The notes under the pieces were generated by a model. It was not told where the DNA came from and made no database searches. It saw nothing but the letters and a program-made list of their open reading frames with translations. A stretch of DNA of 49,955 nt from Candidatus Ratteibacteria bacterium. Its GTDB lineage: Bacteria; CAZDME01; JAYEMH01. The stretch is taken from positions 1 through 49,955 of the forward strand of contig JAYEMH010000007.1 in assembly GCA_034717985.1 (NCBI GenBank), read 5' to 3'. The position numbers were made by a program, and so were the translations under genes. Shown one piece after another: positions 1 through 9,443 of the stretch (position 1 is its first letter; the number at the start of each line of letters is the position of its first letter).

Positions 1-24
1 AAATTAAAAAATAGAGACAAGGAA

Positions 25-215
25 TTTTAGACAGGATTTACAGGATAAAAAAAATAACCACAGAGCTTATGAAGAATATCAAATGGAACCACAGGTGAAC
101 ACAGATGAACACCGAAGAAGAACTTTTTCATAAGGAGGTGCAGGGGGAAAATATAACAGTGTTTCCCTGTGTTAATCTGTGGTTTAAATAAAAATCCTGT
201 TAATCCCGTCAAAAA
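25..215. repeat. Nested inverted repeats built of 9-10-nt tandem units
   Basis: Outer arms 25-46 (ttttagacaggatttacaggat) and 194-215 match 19/22 as reverse complements. Inner arms 87-112 (aaccacaggtgaacacagatgaacac) and 159-184 match 21/26. Confidence 0.85.
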
Positions 216-261
216 AAGAAAAAGATTTTTGACAGAACCAAGATGGAAGATGGGAGTGTTT

Positions 262-645
262 ATGGATATTTTCTCGGAAATAAAATTTAATAAATCGGGA
301 CTTGTCCCGGCAGTCATCCAGGACAGTGAAACCAATCAGGTCTTGATGCAGGCCTATATGAATGAGGAGTCAGTAAGACTTTCGCTGAAGACCGGACTGG
401 CGCATTTTTATAGCCGAAGCCGGAAGAAAATCTGGCGTAAAGGGGAAAAATCCGGCAATGTTCAAGAGATAAAGGAGATTTTTTTAGATTGCGACGGAGA
501 TTCCCTCCTGATTAAAGCGAAACAGAAAACAGCCGCCTGTCATTTAGGATACAAATCTTGTTTTTTCAGAAAGTTAGATCAGGGAAAATGGGGGATTATC
601 GCTCCTAAAATTTTTGACCCGGAAAAGGCCTATGGGAAAAAATAA
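262..645 (+). CDS. hisI: Phosphoribosyl-AMP cyclohydrolase
   Basis: GLVPAVIQD, YSRSR..W.KGE.SG, DCDGD and ACH.G..SCF motifs. Start moved to ATG 262, which follows GGGAG. Confidence 0.95.
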   Translation: MDIFSEIKFNKSGLVPAVIQDSETNQVLMQAYMNEESVRLSLKTGLAHFYSRSRKKIWRKGEKSGNVQEIKEIFLDCDGDSLLIKAKQKTAACHLGYKSCFFRKLDQGKWGIIAPKIFDPEKAYGKK

Positions 646-2113
646 ATACTCTCTCAGTCTTGAAGAGTTTAAAAAGAAAGCGCTTTGCGGCAATCTTATT
701 CCGGTATATCGGGAGATTCTGGCGGATATGGAAACCCCGGTATCGGCTTTTCTTAAAATCGGCGCCCGGCCTTACTCTTATCTGCTGGAAAGTGTTGAAG
801 GAGGGGAGAAATGGGCGCGTTATTCTTTTCTGGGCAGCCAGCCTTCACTGGTTTTCCAGGCTAAGGGGAAGAGGGTTGAAATCAGGGAGGGAAAAGATAA
901 AAAAATTATGGAATCGGATGAGCCTCTCCGGGAATTAAAGAAGATTATGGGAAGATTTCGGCCGGTTTCAAGCAAAGCTCTCCCTCGTTTCTATGGCGGG
1001 CTGGTGGGATATTTGAGTTATGATGCGGTGCGCCATTTTGAGAAACTTCCGGATAGGAATCCCGATGATTTGAACCTGCCCGATTACTTTTTTATGTTAA
1101 CCGATACCCTTTTGATATTTGATAACATCGAGCACACCATAAAGATTGTCTCTAACGCCTTTGTCAGCGGTAGTGAAAAAGAGGCCTATCGGAAAGCGAT
1201 AGAGAAGATTGAACGGATCGAAGAGCTGCTGAAAAAACCTTTATCTTTAAAAGGTGGAAAGAAAGAAAAGAGACCGGGCAAGGGTTGGATTTCTAATTTT
1301 ACTCCCCGGAATTTTGAAACAGCTGTTGATAGGGCAAAAAAGAACATTTATGAAGGAGAGGCAATTCAGGTTGTTCTTTCCCAGCGTTTAAAAGAGGCTT
1401 CGCCGCCTGAGGCAGTTGATATATACCGGGCGCTCAGGATGATTAATCCTTCGCCTTATATGTATTATCTGGGCGGCGAGGATTTTCAAATTATCGGTTC
1501 TTCACCCGAGATTTTGGTGAGAAAAGAGGGGGAGAAAGTTGAATTGCGGCCGATTGCCGGGACGCGTCAAAGGGGCAAAGATAATGAAGAAGATGAAAAA
1601 TTAGCCGGAGAGCTGCTCGCTGACCCAAAAGAGAAAGCGGAGCATATTATGCTGGTTGATCTGGGAAGGAATGATGTCGGCCGGGTGAGTCTTTACGGAA
1701 CGGTTGAGGTTTCCGAGCGGATGGTTATTGAAAAGTATTCCCACGTGATGCATATTGTCTCCCATGTCCAGGGGAAGCTTGCTCCGGGACGCGACGAATT
1801 CGATGTTTTAAAAGCCTGTTTCCCGGCCGGGACGGTAACCGGCGCTCCCAAGATTCGGGCGATGGAAATTATCGATGAATTAGAAAATGTCAAGCGGGGT
1901 CCCTATGCCGGGGCCCTGGGATATTTTAGCTTCTCCCATAATATGGATATGGCCATTATTATCCGCACCCTGGTAATCAAGGATAATTTTGCCTATGTCC
2001 AGGCCGGCGCCGGGATAGTAGCCGATTCTATTCCCGAGAAAGAATATCAGGAAACAATGAATAAAGCCCGGGCGATGATTAAGGCGGTTGAGCTGGCCAG
2101 GAAGGGGTTGTAA
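632..2113 (+). CDS. trpE: Anthranilate synthase component I
   Basis: LLESVEGGEKWARYS, NPSPYMY, PIAGTR, AEHIMLVDLGRND and GAPKIRAM motifs. Confidence 0.95.
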   Translation: MGKNKYSLSLEEFKKKALCGNLIPVYREILADMETPVSAFLKIGARPYSYLLESVEGGEKWARYSFLGSQPSLVFQAKGKRVEIREGKDKKIMESDEPLRELKKIMGRFRPVSSKALPRFYGGLVGYLSYDAVRHFEKLPDRNPDDLNLPDYFFMLTDTLLIFDNIEHTIKIVSNAFVSGSEKEAYRKAIEKIERIEELLKKPLSLKGGKKEKRPGKGWISNFTPRNFETAVDRAKKNIYEGEAIQVVLSQRLKEASPPEAVDIYRALRMINPSPYMYYLGGEDFQIIGSSPEILVRKEGEKVELRPIAGTRQRGKDNEEDEKLAGELLADPKEKAEHIMLVDLGRNDVGRVSLYGTVEVSERMVIEKYSHVMHIVSHVQGKLAPGRDEFDVLKACFPAGTVTGAPKIRAMEIIDELENVKRGPYAGALGYFSFSHNMDMAIIIRTLVIKDNFAYVQAGAGIVADSIPEKEYQETMNKARAMIKAVELARKGL

Positions 2114-2677
2114 ATGATCGTTATTATTGATAATTTCGACTCTTTTACCTACAATCTGGTGCAAGCTTTAGGTCAGGGCGGAGAAGAGATCAAGGTTTTT
2201 CGAAACAATGCCTTTTCGCTGGAAGAGATACAGAATCTTAATCCGGAAAAGATTGTCATTTCTCCCGGACCGGGACGGCCGGCAATGGCCGGCTTAAGTT
2301 GTTTACTGGTGCAAAAACTGGCCGGGAAATTTCCCATTCTTGGCGTTTGTCTGGGGCATCAGGTTATCGGCGAGGTCTTCGGAGCAGAGGTGGTTCAGGC
2401 CGAACGGATAATGCACGGGAAGACTTCTCTTATTCATCATCAGGGAAAAGATATTTTTAAAAATCTCGCCAATCCCTTTGAGGCAACTCGATATCACTCT
2501 TTAATTCTTAAAAAGGAATTTTTTCCGGATTGTTTGGAGATAACGGCCGAAACGGAAGAAAAAGAGATTATGGCGGTAAAGCATCGCCGTTATCCTGTTT
2601 TTGGAGTCCAGTTTCATCCGGAATCCATTTTGAGCAAAGAGGGAAAAAAACTGCTTAATAACTTTTTGGAGATATGA
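2114..2677 (+). CDS. trpG: Anthranilate synthase component II (glutamine amidotransferase)
   Basis: IDNFDSFTYNL, SPGPG, GVCLGHQ and QFHPES motifs. Directly follows trpE. Confidence 0.93.
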   Translation: MIVIIDNFDSFTYNLVQALGQGGEEIKVFRNNAFSLEEIQNLNPEKIVISPGPGRPAMAGLSCLLVQKLAGKFPILGVCLGHQVIGEVFGAEVVQAERIMHGKTSLIHHQGKDIFKNLANPFEATRYHSLILKKEFFPDCLEITAETEEKEIMAVKHRRYPVFGVQFHPESILSKEGKKLLNNFLEI

Positions 2678-2678
2678 A

Positions 2679-3440
2679 ATGAATTGGTCTGAGGCTTTAT
2701 TTGAACCCAGCGGGGCAATTTTTCAAAAAATCGGTGTGTTTTTCTTAATTTTACTCACCGTGCTGGTGTTTCTTCTTTTTGGCTGGCTGCTGGCGCATTT
2801 ACTCAGAAAGGCGGCCCGGGTGTTATTTAAAAAGTTAAGTCTGAACGAGCTTCTTGCGGAAACCTGGGCAGGGAAATTTTTAAGGCGGGGAGGGATAACT
2901 AAATCCCCGACCGAACTTTTAGGCGGATTTTTGTATTGGCTGATAATTGTTATTTTCATTGTTATTGCCTCTCAGAGTTTGGGACTGGATTCTACAGCTG
3001 ATTTATTGGACCGATTTCTGATTTTTCTTCCCCGGGTGATTGCCTTTGCCTTAATTTTGATCTTCGGGATTGTTTTTGGAAGTTTCATGGGAAAATTATT
3101 TCAGATTGTTTCCGGAAATCTCGGGGTGAAAGAATTTAAAGTTATCGGCCGGATTCTTCAGGTAGTGATTGTTTTGTATGCGGGCGTTTTGGCTTTGGAG
3201 CAGTTAGGTATGGCGGTTTTTGCCGTGGCTGCTTCTTTTAATATTCTATGGGCGGCTGTTTGTCTTACTTTAGCCCTGGCCATGGGATTGGGAGGAAAGG
3301 ATTGGGTCAAAAATCTTCTGGATAATTTTGCTAAAAAAAGGTTCGGCAAGGGAAATTCCCCGAAACAAAGCACTCAAAGAGTTAATAGAAAAAAGTCAAA
3401 AAAAGCCGGCGGAAAACAGGAGACGTTTCCTTATGATTAA
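2679..3440 (+). CDS. Membrane protein, CmpX/MscS TM-helix repeat type
   Basis: About five hydrophobic helices with the FLPRVIAFALILIFG and ALAMGLGGKD patterns of this family. Confidence 0.7.
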   Translation: MNWSEALFEPSGAIFQKIGVFFLILLTVLVFLLFGWLLAHLLRKAARVLFKKLSLNELLAETWAGKFLRRGGITKSPTELLGGFLYWLIIVIFIVIASQSLGLDSTADLLDRFLIFLPRVIAFALILIFGIVFGSFMGKLFQIVSGNLGVKEFKVIGRILQVVIVLYAGVLALEQLGMAVFAVAASFNILWAAVCLTLALAMGLGGKDWVKNLLDNFAKKRFGKGNSPKQSTQRVNRKKSKKAGGKQETFPYD

Positions 3441-4479
3441 AGAAGCGATAAGCAAAGTTATTGAAAAAATAGATTTGAGTCAAAGAGAGATGGAATCGGT
3501 AATGGATGAGATTATGACCGGCCGGAGTTCACCGGCTCAAATTGGAGCTTTTCTGACGGCTTTGCGGCTTAAAGGGGAGACGGTTGAAGAAATTACCGGA
3601 GCGGCCCGGGTGATGCGCCAGAAAGCCGCCCGGATAAAAACTTTCGGGGATAAAGTTAAAATCGATGAGGATGAAATTATTGATACCTGCGGCACCGGCG
3701 GAACCGGTACCAATACTTTTAATGTTTCCACTACCAGCGCTTTTGTGGCTGCCGGGGCCGGTTTGAAAGTAGCCAAGCATGGAAACAAATCTGTTTCCTC
3801 CCTCTGCGGCAGCGCCGATGTTATCGATGCCCTGGGGATTAGTTTGAAGCTTAGTTCCGAGGCGGTGGGTGAGTGTATTAAAGAAGTGGGGATAGGTTTT
3901 CTCTTTGCTCCTCTTTTTCATAGAGCGATGAAATATGCCATTGGCCCCCGAAGAGAGATTGGCATCCGCACAATTTTTAACATTTTAGGGCCCTTGACCA
4001 ACCCTGCCGGAGCAACTTCCCAGGTAATGGGTGTTTATGAGGAAAAGCTGACTGAAATTTTAGCCCGGGTGTTAGGGAATCTGGGTCTGAGGCATGCTTT
4101 AGTTGTTCACGGAATGGACGGTCTGGATGAAATTACCGTAACCCGGGAAAGTAAAATTTCTGAATTCAAGGAAGGGAAGGTCAAGACTTATTATCTAAAG
4201 CCGGATGATTTTAGCCTCAGCCGCGCTGTTATGGAAGATATAAAAGGCGGCCGGGTAAAAAAGAATGCCGAGATGGTTATTGAGGTTTTGAAGGGAGAAA
4301 AGGGCGCTCCCCGGGATATAGTTCTGCTTAATGCGGCGGCCGCTTTTATCGCCGCTGATAGAGTAAAGAATTTTAAAGAAGGTATCAATATGGCCGAGGC
4401 CTCTATTGATGAAGGCAAAGCCCTGGAAAAGTTAGAGGCACTTAGGAAAAAGACACAGGAGTTGGGAAAAAGCTGTTGA
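3433..4479 (+). CDS. trpD: Anthranilate phosphoribosyltransferase
   Basis: DTCGTGG, FNVST, KHGN.SVSS..GSAD and GLDE motifs. Start set at ATG 3433 (MIKEAI). Confidence 0.95.
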   Translation: MIKEAISKVIEKIDLSQREMESVMDEIMTGRSSPAQIGAFLTALRLKGETVEEITGAARVMRQKAARIKTFGDKVKIDEDEIIDTCGTGGTGTNTFNVSTTSAFVAAGAGLKVAKHGNKSVSSLCGSADVIDALGISLKLSSEAVGECIKEVGIGFLFAPLFHRAMKYAIGPRREIGIRTIFNILGPLTNPAGATSQVMGVYEEKLTEILARVLGNLGLRHALVVHGMDGLDEITVTRESKISEFKEGKVKTYYLKPDDFSLSRAVMEDIKGGRVKKNAEMVIEVLKGEKGAPRDIVLLNAAAAFIAADRVKNFKEGINMAEASIDEGKALEKLEALRKKTQELGKSC

Positions 4480-4488
4480 TAAGGTAAT

Positions 4489-5268
4489 ATGGTTTCTTTA
4501 GATGAAATTTTAAAGGTAACTCACGAGAGGGTTGAAAGAGCGAAATCGAGCCTGCCTCCGGATGAACTTCAAAAAAGATGCCAGAATAGCCCTCCTGTCC
4601 GCAGTTTTCAAAAAGCCTTAATAACCTCCCCGACAATAGCCTTAATTGGCGAGATAAAAAAAGCCTCTCCCTCCGCCGGTCTTATTCGAGAAGATTTTTC
4701 GCCGTTGAAGCTGGCTAAAATCTATTTAGAAAACGGGGCGCGCGCTTTATCGGTTTTAACCGAGGAGAAATTTTTCCAGGGGAAGCTTGATTATCTTTTA
4801 AAGATAAGGGGAAAGATAGAGCTGCCCCTCCTGCGTAAAGATTTCATTATTGACGAATATCAGGTCTTTGAATCGCGTTTCTTCGGGGCGGATGCGATTC
4901 TGCTGATTGTCTCTGTCTTAAGCGACGAAAAAATAAATAGACTTTTCCGTTTAGCCCGGGAATCAGGCATGGAGGTAATAGTGGAAATTCACAGCGAAGA
5001 AGACTGGCGGCGGATATCTTCTCTTCCGGCTAAATTAATCGGTATAAACAACCGCAATTTAAAAACTTTGACGACAGACTTATCCACCACCTTTAAGTTA
5101 GCGCCGTTTATTTCCAAAAATCAGGTAGTCATCAGTGAAAGCGGCATAAAGACGAGGGAGGATGTTCTGAATTTGGAAAAAGCCGGGGTTAAAGGGATTT
5201 TAGTCGGTGAAACAATTATGGGAAGCCGGGATGCGGCGCAGAAGATAAGGTATTTACTGGGGAAATGA
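4489..5268 (+). CDS. trpC: Indole-3-glycerol phosphate synthase
   Basis: EIKKASPS, SVLTE, LRKDFI, GINNRNL and SESGI motifs. Confidence 0.95.
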   Translation: MVSLDEILKVTHERVERAKSSLPPDELQKRCQNSPPVRSFQKALITSPTIALIGEIKKASPSAGLIREDFSPLKLAKIYLENGARALSVLTEEKFFQGKLDYLLKIRGKIELPLLRKDFIIDEYQVFESRFFGADAILLIVSVLSDEKINRLFRLARESGMEVIVEIHSEEDWRRISSLPAKLIGINNRNLKTLTTDLSTTFKLAPFISKNQVVISESGIKTREDVLNLEKAGVKGILVGETIMGSRDAAQKIRYLLGK

Positions 5269-5894
5269 CGCGGATAAAAATATGCGGGATTACTAATCTG
5301 GAAGATGCGCTGTTGGCGGCGAGTTTGGGTGCGGACGCGGTGGGTTTTATATTTGCTCCCAGTCCCCGGCAGATTAATTTAGCTAAAGCCAGGGATATTA
5401 TTAAAAAGATCCCTCCTTTTATCAGTCCGGTCGGTGTTTTTGTTAATGAAAAGCTGGAAAAAATTAGAGAGACAGCTGATGAATGTCCCCTGGATTATAT
5501 TCAGCTTCACGGGGAAGAGCCGCCGGAATTCTGCCGGAGTTTGTTTCCGCAAAAAATTATTAAAACCTTCCGGATAAAAGATGAAAAAAGCTTAGAACGA
5601 GTTTCTTCCTATTTTCAAGTTAGAGCGATTTTGCTGGATACATTTGTGGAGGGCCAAGCCGGCGGAACCGGAAAAACTTTTAACTGGCGGCTGGCCGAAG
5701 AAACTAAAAAAATTGGCAGACCGATTATTCTCTCCGGCGGGCTTTCACCGCAAAATGTCCGACAGGCAATCGAATCGGCTGCCCCTTTTGCCGTAGATGT
5801 TTCCAGCGGCATCGAATCCCATCCGGGGAAAAAAGACAGGGTGAAACTGGCCGCTTTTATAAAGGCCGTCCGGGAAATACCTCAAAATGGTTAA
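5265..5894 (+). CDS. trpF: Phosphoribosylanthranilate isomerase
   Basis: KICGIT, QLHGEE, GGTG.TF.W and DVSSGIE motifs. Confidence 0.95.
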   Translation: MTRIKICGITNLEDALLAASLGADAVGFIFAPSPRQINLAKARDIIKKIPPFISPVGVFVNEKLEKIRETADECPLDYIQLHGEEPPEFCRSLFPQKIIKTFRIKDEKSLERVSSYFQVRAILLDTFVEGQAGGTGKTFNWRLAEETKKIGRPIILSGGLSPQNVRQAIESAAPFAVDVSSGIESHPGKKDRVKLAAFIKAVREIPQNG

Positions 5895-7272
5895 AAGAGA
5901 ATTTCTTTTTTTATTTATTTTAACCGCTCTTTTTTTTAATCTTGGTCTGGATATTAAAGGGAATATTCTCCACCAGGTGTATTATGTTAAAGGGGTAAAG
6001 GCTTTAAACAATGAGCAATATCCCGAAGCTATCGGGCAATTAAGAAAAGCCTTTGAGATTGACCCGGGTTCTATGAAGATAAAGAAGGCTTTAGCGGTGG
6101 CTTTGAATAATTATGCTCTATCACTTGGAGATGGGAATAAAGAAGAGTCGGTTGAACTTATGGAAGAAGCGATCCGGGTTTTACCTGAAGATACCTCGCC
6201 AAAACAGAATTTAGCGGTGCTGTTTAATGAATGGGGACTGGCGCTTCATAAAAAAGGAGATTTGGAAGGCGCGGCCGAAAAATTTAAAAAAGCGGCAGAG
6301 CTTCACCCCCGAAAAAAAACCTATCAAAAAAATCTGGGCGCTGTCGTGAGCCAGCAGGGGAGTAATTATTTGAAGAAAGGTGAATTTGATTCGGCCATAA
6401 AGGCATTCCATGAAGCTGTCCGATGTATGCCCGAAAGTGAACATCCATGGATAATGATGGGAGACTGTTACTATCAGTTGGATGATCTGGGAGAAGCGAT
6501 AGATTGCTGGGAAGAAGCAAAAAAATTATCGCCTGAGAACCGGCTGGTAAAAAACAGATTAGACAAGGCGAAGAAAGAGTGGCCGGTTCAGAAAAATTTC
6601 GACCAGTTCAGTTCCAGCTATTTTAGAATAAACTTCTCGCCGGATTTTAGCCGCGATAAAACCGACGAAATCTATAATTATGTCAAAGAGGCAATCTGGG
6701 ATGTCGGCCGGGATTTAGGTTTTTATCCCAGGCAGAAATTTTCTGTTTTTGTTTATCAAAGCGAGCAATTTAAAGAAGTTTTCGGGCCCAAAAAACATCT
6801 GGCCGGACTTTATGACGGAAAAATCCATCTCCATATAAACGATAAGACGGCTCCGGAAAGAATAGCGGCCGTGGTCAGGCACGAATATACCCACGCGGTA
6901 ATCTTCTGGATAACTCAGGGGAACTGTCCTCTCTGGCTTAACGAAGGATTGGCCTGTTTTGAAGAGAAAAAAAAGGAGGCCGTTAATTTCAAGGAGCTTA
7001 AAATACCGGCTCAGCAGAATAGACTGATTCCTTTATTTAAGCTTTCAGAGGCCTGTTTTTATTCAGCCGATTTTGAAGAGGCAAGTTTAGCCTACCGGGA
7101 AGCCCACAGTGTGGTGAAATACCTGCTTGGTGAATATGGCTGGTGGACGGTGCGAAAAATACTGGTTTTATTTGGAGAAGGAAAAACGGAGGAAGAGGTT
7201 ATAAAAGAAGCTTTACGGATGACTCCGGCAAGGTTAGAAGAGAAGTGGAGAAGCAGTTTAGACGATGAGTAA
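5887..7272 (+). CDS. TPR-repeat protein with C-terminal zinc metallopeptidase (MA clan) domain
   Basis: N-terminal hydrophobic anchor, TPR repeats, then HEYTH and PLWLNEGLA. Confidence 0.8.
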   Translation: MVKREFLFLFILTALFFNLGLDIKGNILHQVYYVKGVKALNNEQYPEAIGQLRKAFEIDPGSMKIKKALAVALNNYALSLGDGNKEESVELMEEAIRVLPEDTSPKQNLAVLFNEWGLALHKKGDLEGAAEKFKKAAELHPRKKTYQKNLGAVVSQQGSNYLKKGEFDSAIKAFHEAVRCMPESEHPWIMMGDCYYQLDDLGEAIDCWEEAKKLSPENRLVKNRLDKAKKEWPVQKNFDQFSSSYFRINFSPDFSRDKTDEIYNYVKEAIWDVGRDLGFYPRQKFSVFVYQSEQFKEVFGPKKHLAGLYDGKIHLHINDKTAPERIAAVVRHEYTHAVIFWITQGNCPLWLNEGLACFEEKKKEAVNFKELKIPAQQNRLIPLFKLSEACFYSADFEEASLAYREAHSVVKYLLGEYGWWTVRKILVLFGEGKTEEEVIKEALRMTPARLEEKWRSSLDDE

Positions 7273-7353
7273 GAGTTCTTTGGTAAAATTTAATTTTAGT
7301 TAGTGCTTGCCAGAAAATACGTAATGTTATAGGATAGCAGGTTAGGAGGCAAG

Positions 7354-7707
7354 ATGGAGTTAAAGAGTGAATGTTTGTTCTGCCGGATTATTGAAAGAAA
7401 AATTCCGGCTAAGGTTATTTATGAAAACGAGAAGGTTTTAGCCTTCCACGATATTAACCCTCAAGCTCCGGTTCATATTATTGTTATTCCCAAGAATCAC
7501 ATCGAGCGGGTTTCTGATTTGAAGCGGGAAAATGCCGGCTGGGGAGACGAACTAATTCTGGCGGCGAATAAAATTGCCTCCGATTTAGAGATAAAAGACA
7601 GTGGATACCGTTTAATCATTAATTGCAACAAAGATGCCGGACAGGCAGTTTTTCATCTTCATCTCCATCTCCTCGGCGGACGAAAAATGGCTTGGCCCCC
7701 GGGATGA
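7354..7707 (+). CDS. hinT: Histidine triad (HIT) nucleotide-binding protein
   Basis: CLFC, DINPQAPVH, HLHLHLLGG and WPPG motifs. RBS AGGAGG. Confidence 0.92.
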   Translation: MELKSECLFCRIIERKIPAKVIYENEKVLAFHDINPQAPVHIIVIPKNHIERVSDLKRENAGWGDELILAANKIASDLEIKDSGYRLIINCNKDAGQAVFHLHLHLLGGRKMAWPPG

Positions 7708-7710
7708 AAT

Positions 7711-7755
7711 TAGTCAACAGTTAATAGTCCATAGACCATAGTCGATAGTCCATAG
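7711..7755. repeat. Left arm of heptamer inverted repeat (six TAGTCCA-like units)
   Basis: tagtcaa cagttaa tagtcca tagacca tagtcga tagtcca tag. Confidence 0.9.
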
Positions 7756-7824
7756 AGAGAAGAAGTCCAAAGGCGATAGAAAAAACTGTGGACTATGGAC
7801 TAACCGAACGAAGTGAGGTTAAGG

Positions 7825-8177
7825 ATGTTTAAATTTGAAAAGCTGAAAGTTTGGCAGAGAGCAATAAATCTCAGTGCAGAAATTCATAATTTAACTAGAG
7901 AATTCCCTAGAGAGGAATTATATATATATTGGCCAGTCAGATTAAACGAGCCGGAGATTCTATTGCTTTAAATATTGCCGAAGGTTCAACTGGTCAAAGC
8001 AGTGCGGAGTTTAACCAGTTTTTAGGATATGCTATTAGGTCAGCAATTGAGGTTGTCTCGTGTCTGTTCATTGGCAGAGAGAGAAAGATCGTAAATAAGA
8101 GAAATTTCGAGAAATTATATAATGAATTAGAAGAAATTATTAAAATGCTTCAGGGATTACGCAATTCACTTAAATAA
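7825..8177 (+). pseudogene. Four-helix-bundle protein (23S rRNA IVS / Avd-like family), frameshifted in a (TA)5 tract
   Basis: Frame 1 gives MFKFEKLKVWQRAINLSAEIHNLTREFPREELYI. The protein continues in another frame as LASQIKRAGDSIALNIAEG...FLGYAIRSAIEV. Removing one TA at 7919-7928 gives an intact 116-aa ORF. Confidence 0.88.
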
Positions 8178-8222
8178 CTGTGGATTATTAACTATGGACT
8201 GCGGACTGTCGACTATGGACTA
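8178..8222. repeat. Right arm of heptamer inverted repeat (six CTATGGA-like units)
   Basis: ctgtgga ttattaa ctatgga ctgcgga ctgtcga ctatgga cta. Same length as 7711-7755 and its degenerate reverse complement. Confidence 0.9.
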
Positions 8223-8236
8223 GATGGGAGGAAGCA

Positions 8237-9442
8237 ATGATTCCGATAGAGTTAATTTCTAAACTTGCGGTAGAAAATAAAGCCAGGATAATCTATCTGG
8301 TTATCGATGGATTGGGAGGTTTACCCTCAGAGGACGGAAAAACAGAATTGGAGTTTGCTTCTACACCTGAGTTGGATAAATTAGCCGGGGATTCTATCTG
8401 CGGGTTAAGTATTCCCGTCTCTTTCGGTATTACCCCGGGCAGCGGGCCGGGACACCTGAGTTTGTTTGGCTATGACCCGCTTAAATATGAAATTGGCCGG
8501 GGGGCTTTATCCGCGGCCGGGATTGGTTTTTATCAAGAAAAAAATGATTTAGCCGTTCGGATTAACTTTGCTACCCTGGATTCAGCCGGGCGGGTAAGTG
8601 ATAGACGGGCCGGAAGGATTTCTACCACCAGGGCGGCCCGGTTATGCCGGCTGCTTGAAGAAGGTCTTGATTTGAAGGAGATAAAAGTTTTTATCCGCTC
8701 AGTAAAGGAACATCGGGGAGTAGTGATTTTCCGCGGCAAGAAACTTTCGGATAGAATAACCGATTCGGACCCGCAGATTAGCGGGGTTTCCCCTCTGGCG
8801 GTAAAAGCAAAAGAAAAATCGGCCCAGGCAACCGCTAAAATGGTTAATCAATTTTTGTCTAAAGTAAAAAAGATTCTTAAAGACGAAAAACCGGCTAATA
8901 TGATTTTAATGAGGGGATTTGCCAAAGCTCCGCATCTTCCCCAAATGAAGGCTCTTTACAAATTAAATCCAGCGGTTATTGCCGGTTACCCGATGTATAA
9001 AGGTATTGCCAGACTTATGGGCATGGAAGTTCTTAAAACCGGGGAAAATATGGCAGGGGAATTTGAAACACTGGAGAAGAATTTTTCAAGGTTTAATTTC
9101 TTTTTTGTTCACATTAAAGGGACAGACAGCGCCGGTGAAGATGGTGATTTTAAACGGAAGGTTAAAGTTATTGAAGAGGTAGACGGGTATATTGCCGGAT
9201 TAAGGGCCTTGAATCCTGAGGTGCTGGTAGTGGCCGGCGATCATTCCACCCCGGCCGCTTTGAAACTGCACAGCTGGCATCCTAGTCCGTTTTTGTTGCA
9301 TTCTAAGTGGTGCCGCCGTGATGAGGTCAGGAGTTTTTCTGAAAAAGATTGTTTGCGGGGAGGGCTGGGTTTATTTTCCGCTTTAGATATTATGCCTTTA
9401 GTCCTGGCCAATGCAGGTAAGCTTAAAAAATTAGGAGCTTGA
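8237..9442 (+). CDS. apgM: 2,3-bisphosphoglycerate-independent phosphoglycerate mutase (archaeal-type ApgM)
   Basis: [33 protein letters not shown] and GDHSTP motifs. Confidence 0.88.
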   Translation: MIPIELISKLAVENKARIIYLVIDGLGGLPSEDGKTELEFASTPELDKLAGDSICGLSIPVSFGITPGSGPGHLSLFGYDPLKYEIGRGALSAAGIGFYQEKNDLAVRINFATLDSAGRVSDRRAGRISTTRAARLCRLLEEGLDLKEIKVFIRSVKEHRGVVIFRGKKLSDRITDSDPQISGVSPLAVKAKEKSAQATAKMVNQFLSKVKKILKDEKPANMILMRGFAKAPHLPQMKALYKLNPAVIAGYPMYKGIARLMGMEVLKTGENMAGEFETLEKNFSRFNFFFVHIKGTDSAGEDGDFKRKVKVIEEVDGYIAGLRALNPEVLVVAGDHSTPAALKLHSWHPSPFLLHSKWCRRDEVRSFSEKDCLRGGLGLFSALDIMPLVLANAGKLKKLGA

Positions 9443-9443
9443 A

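Noticed and set aside
169-261. N-terminal extension of hisI from 169
   Set aside because: It runs through the inverted-repeat arm. Homology and the RBS fit ATG 262.
7825-8177. Diversity-generating retroelement or rRNA intervening sequence
   Set aside because: The protein is Avd/IVS-like, but the window has no reverse transcriptase, no TR/VR pair and no rRNA gene.
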